Positions 59,290 through 64,000 of a DNA stretch of 64,000 bases are shown here, in pieces. Both the position numbers and the translations under genes were made by a program. Below the pieces are notes generated by a model, which made no database searches, had not been told where the DNA came from, and saw only the letters and a list, made by a program, of their open reading frames with translations. The stretch covers positions 157,755 to 221,754 of the forward strand of contig NW_005434600.1 of assembly GCF_000315625.1 (NCBI RefSeq). Direction: 5' to 3'. How positions within the stretch are numbered: position 1 is the first letter of the stretch; each line of letters begins with the position of its first letter. This DNA is from Guillardia theta CCMP2712. Its lineage: Eukaryota; Protista; Cryptophyta.

Positions 59290-62200
59290 ATAACATGATC
59301 ATGATCACGATCACGATCATGATCATCATCAACAACAACAACAACTACAATGCTCACCCAAGTCTCTCAAAGATCAAGAGATTTCCAAGAGCATCTCCGA
59401 CTACTCCTCGACTTTTATCAAAGAGTTTGCAGCTCACAATCTCATGCAGCCCCTCCCTATCAGGGTGAAGACTCGCCACAACCTCGAACAATTCTGAGCC
59501 AGGCGAAGGTGGGAGATTGTTCGAATGTATCTCAATTAAATCCATGTCTCCTAGCCACCTCAACGCGCAGGCTGATCCGTCCTTGTAAGAGCCGTCGTGG
59601 ACGAGTCCCTGCGAGGTTGCGAGTGAGTGAAGAAGGGAGGGAGGGAGGGAGGAGGAGAGGAGAGGTGCGGAGAGAAGGAGAGAGAGAGAGATGGAGGGAG
59701 AGATGAAGAGAGAGGGAGGGAGGCAGGGAGGGAGGCAGGGAGGGAGAGAGGGAGGGAGGGAGAGTTGGGGATGGATGGGATTAAAGGATGGATGGGCTGA
59801 AGAGACTGATAGATTTCTAGACTCAACGAGTGACATTGCAATGCAGCTTGTGCAAGGTACATCACTTTAACACCTCGTTTACCTTGCCGACGTAAGGTAT
59901 CTTATGGTCGGGTTCCCCCGGTAAGATGTCAACTTTCAGCTTCATGTGGAGCTCTCCTATCCTCCCAAATCTTCTCCCTGCGAGAGAATTTGACGAACAA
60001 GTTGCAACAGCGAGGACGGGGAGAAAGAGATCGGAGGATGAGGGGGAAAAAAGATTCACACCTGTAGCTTGCATCTCTTTGTCAAAGGATGCCGCATCTC
60101 TGCTGGAAACTCAAGTCATGTTGTGACATGTTCACTCGTTCACAACCTCTCGTCAAGAGAAGAGCATTTGACAAGGAACAACTCGCTCGCTGCTGAAGCG
60201 AAGAAGACTCCAAACTGATCTGTAGAATGAAGGTATGTGAACACCTGTCCAGCGAATGCGTCAGAAGGTGCTAGGCTGGTGTGAACGAGCACAAAGGATG
60301 AGAAAGCAAACAAGAGTACATCCTTGACAAGTCGATACAATCTTTTTGAAAGAAGTTTTCTCTGTTTGCTTTCTATGATCTCACCTTCTTTACTTCCTTG
60401 ATGCCAATCAGTCTGATATCGAACGTAACATCAGGATCTTGGTCCTCCCGAGGTTTTGAGATGACACTTTCTATCTCCCACGCTGCTATCACTGCCTTCT
60501 CTCCTCGTTGAAATTCTTGAGAGTCGTCCTAAACAGTCGTGAGGAGGACTGAGAGGGTGGAAGAGGCTGAGGAAGGTGAAGCATAGATAAAGGTGATGGA
60601 GGAGAAGCAGGATGAGCGAGAGGAAAGGAGGATGAGCGAGAGGAGGAGAAGGAGCGAGAAGAGGAGGAGGAGGAGGAGGAGGAGGAGGAGGAGGAGAGAG
60701 ACAGGAGAGGGACAGGAGGAGCAGGAGAAGGAAGGGGAAGAAAGGAGGTGGAAGAGGAGCAGGAGGACGAGGACGAGGGAGAAGATGAGGACGAGGAGGA
60801 CGAGAAGAAGAATTGCAGCAAACCTCTCTCTGTTTGTCTTCTTCTTTGTCCTGTAAGTATGAAGACGCGGAGCTTTTTGGATCGTTCGTCTCTACATAGG
60901 AGACGGTGAGGAAGATCTCTGAGTCGATCGCTGCTGCTTCAGGATCAAGTGCCGAAGGTACTGAAGATCAGGTCATGCACAGACACTGGCTAGTGAAGAA
61001 GAGGGAGAGGGAGAGGGAAAGAGAAAATGGGGAGAGGAAGACCGGGACAGACAGCAAGGGCGAGGGAGAGAGAAGTGGAAAGGGAGGGGGCAGAAGGCGG
61101 AGCGGCGGAGGAGGAAAGGGGAAGGGGGAAACAGGGCGGGAAAACTAGAGAAGAGAAAGATGATTGAAGGTGGGCAGGGAGGAAGAGGGAGGAAGGAGAG
61201 CAGGTGAGCAGGCTGATCGTCCTCACTGTCAGTCTGAAGCTTCGAAGATGCTATCAGCGACCACATGTGCCCTGGCATGAGCTGCATGCTCCAGATCTGA
61301 GCAAGAGTCAGCGACAGCGAGAGCAGCAGCAGCCATCGCATCGTCCACCTCCTGCAGAGAGTCGTCGCTGAAAATTCTCATCCTGTTGCTAGCGTCGACG
61401 GGGCTTTCAGTGAGGAGGAGGAGGCATCGATGTCTTGAGCTGTGGGTCATCGACACTACGTTCTCCGCAAGCTTCACGCTCCTCTGATAGATGGTTGAAG
61501 TTTGCCTGCGATCATGTTAAGATGTGAAAGCGCTGGAAATCTTGCATTGAAATGGAAATCTAATCGAATGTGATGAAAATTCCTCCGAATGTCTTCCAAG
61601 ATGTTCTAGTTTCCTTCCCCACGTGAAAAACAACTCTCTAATCGTTTGCAGTCGAGCTTGTACTTTGATTTACCTGTCTTCTGCCAACTTGCCAAATTGC
61701 AAGCAATCCTTCTCGTTGATCCAGACCAAAGAAGCTGACAAGTGTCAGAGGATGTGAGAAACAAAGAAACAAAAGATGTTCGTGAGAAAGAAAACTGAAA
61801 CATGGGACAAAACCATGATATGAAAGAACACAGTGAAAGATCATTGCAGGAACAATATCATAAACGCCATCAACATTCGTACACAACGGCACAACTATCA
61901 ACAACAGCAATGATATTCCAACGTCATCATAACAAAGTTCAACATGGAAACGACAACATCACAACATGAACATCCAACAGGCAAGCACGTCTCAAGGAAG
62001 AAGATCTCACTCGGCATCAGCTCTGTGTGTAAGCTGCAGACAGCCTTGACTTTCTCAATTCCGTTGATCCTCTTGACCTCCAACTCCCCTGACCGCAAAT
62101 GAATCCAGGCGTTGTAGTTGGAGTGGAGGAAAATCCCATGAACTGCCTGCTCCGTCTCCTCCACGTGTATGCTCACTGCCGTTTCTCCCACCCGCAGAGA

Positions 62201-64000
62201 ACATACTTCCTAGGAGGAGTAAGATGAGCGTGAATGGATCTCAGGTCAAACTTCTCACTATCAACGTCATGACGTCCACAATCCCTGATGTCTTGGATGG
62301 TATAGGAAAGATATGGGCGATTCCCGTGCTTGACCCTACCACAGCAACTTGATCGCAAACACAATGTTGGTTGTATTGTTGATATGAAAGCTTGTCCGGA
62401 AGCTGCCAAAGGTAGACAGAACGGAGATGAACTGGGAATGCAAGCGTTGTGAACATTGTCTGCAACGTTTGACCATGAACAATCTGTACAATATTTGAGA
62501 CCCATTGAGCTACAATCACCTTGACTTCCATGCTGTCGTTTTTCAACATGTGGACCTGTAACTTCAGTGTGAGAAAACTTAAATGACCTCATTGGGCCAT
62601 ACCGCAGAGATCTGGTGTTCAAACTGACGAGAGTGTTTTAGTTTGACTTCTGACTTTTTGTTGGAGTGTGTAAGAATTTCAAACAGACTCAGTACGCTGT
62701 CAACGGCAACTGTAAACAAGTTACAGAAAAAGAAATGATGTAATTGAGAGCAAAAATCACCAACAAGAGAAGCAAGCTGATGAGGAGTCAAAGATTGGTT
62801 GCCATCTGTCTTGATCGACGTGTCGTACTTGACAACGCTTGCCATGTTGATGTTTCCAATTTTCGGAGTCCAAACGTGAAGATAATCTTCCTGACTTGAG
62901 TTCATGACAGACTTTCTCATGTTGATCAATCGGATCTCCATCTCTGTGACTTGTACAAGGTGTCCATGAGGTAGCGATGTGATGAAGACTGTGTTTGCGT
63001 CTTCGCACAATCCTGCAGGGGAGAAGAAACGTGAAATGATCGAAACGCAGATGGAAGAAGGCTTGAACAATATAGGAAAACAAAAGACTGATTTCAAACA
63101 TGACGGAAGTATGAGAAGGGCAGAAGGGGAAAAGAACAATGGATGCATTTCGAGAAAAAATCAGCTGAAGGGGAGCAATACGTTTGATAAGAGAAAGACA
63201 ACAAAAACAAGCACACGTTTAAGTTTAGACGACACAGAGATGGTAAGCAAATTAAGAAATGCGCATAGAAACACGTTGGGCATGCACAAAAATCTTTGAT
63301 AGATAAGTAGTAAATGTTGTCAAAATTTCAACTTGGTTTTATCATTACCTGGTAGAGTCACTGGCACGAATTCATGCCCGTCAAGTTCCAAAACCTATCA
63401 AAGACAAAGGTTAGATGTTGTACAAACATGTCATGCGAACATAGCAATCAATGAAGAGTGTAGTGGTATCAAAATACATCTAAAACCACATCGAAATCAT
63501 CATGGAATAATGTCACATTCCAGACACATGATGTCGCTCCAATACACCAGAAGCAATTTGCTCACGATTTGAGAACATCTCTACCCCTCTCTCAAATCAC
63601 TACACGCGTCATGTTGAGATAAGCAGAGCAAACACAGGCAACATGATGGTTGTTACATTCTCACACTCCCTCACCTTGGTCTGATTGATAGAGGCAAACG
63701 AGAACACCAGGTGAGAATCAAAAGCTCGAAGACGCTGAATGTTGCTGCCGTTGTCATGGGGTTGCACATGCAGGATGTGGAGGCCTCTCAGTGCAAAGAT
63801 GTCGCTACACTCGGGCATTTCCGGCCCTTCTTCAATAATCTTCGACACCTTGTAGATTATAATGTTACGTGTGAGATCGTGATAAGAAGCAGAATTGTGA
63901 TGACGAGGAAAATAGAAATTTACAGATGAAGATCAAGCATGAAGGACGGATGTAGTCGTTGCAGACAAACACATCTTCACGACAAAACAAACAAAACGTC
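57361..64000 (-). CDS. DDB1/SF3B3(RSE1)/CPSF1-family beta-propeller protein, partial (5' end beyond window)
   Basis: EGPEMPECSDIFAL...HLVFSFASINQTKV; GLCEDANTVFITSLPHGHLVQVTEMEIRLI, resembling the second propeller of the DDB1/RSE1 family. Downstream exons assigned by strand continuity; the 3' boundary is uncertain. Confidence 0.65.

Overview
Eukaryotic nuclear DNA, not prokaryotic. It has intron-rich genes with many short GT-AG introns, long purine/pyrimidine microsatellites and three 100-N assembly gaps. Overall style suggests a cryptophyte alga such as Guillardia theta (inference, not verified). Contents in order: a formin (-) with two PTEN-like/C2 modules; an intronless secreted-type LRR gene (+) fused to an inverted partial copy of that formin and split by a 1,095-bp solo-LTR-like insertion with a perfect 5-bp target-site duplication; a scrambled chromodomain-bearing Ty3/gypsy relic; a small hypothetical gene; an Rdx-fold/helical-repeat hypothetical gene; a USP20/33-like deubiquitinase; a MORN-repeat protein; a V/Q/P/Y-rich protein; a putatively mitochondrial glycine/sarcosine-type methyltransferase; a choline transporter-like (SLC44/CTL) gene; a deoxynucleoside kinase; a hypothetical gene; a plant/bacterial-type glutaminyl cyclase; and a partial DDB1/SF3B3/CPSF1-like gene. 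The most notable items are the reconstructable LRR-formin chimera, strand-polarised GGGGT/ACCCC motif islands between divergent gene pairs, and a signal-peptide+LRIRGG leader one base out of frame with the kinase. Spliced gene boundaries were read by eye and are approximate.
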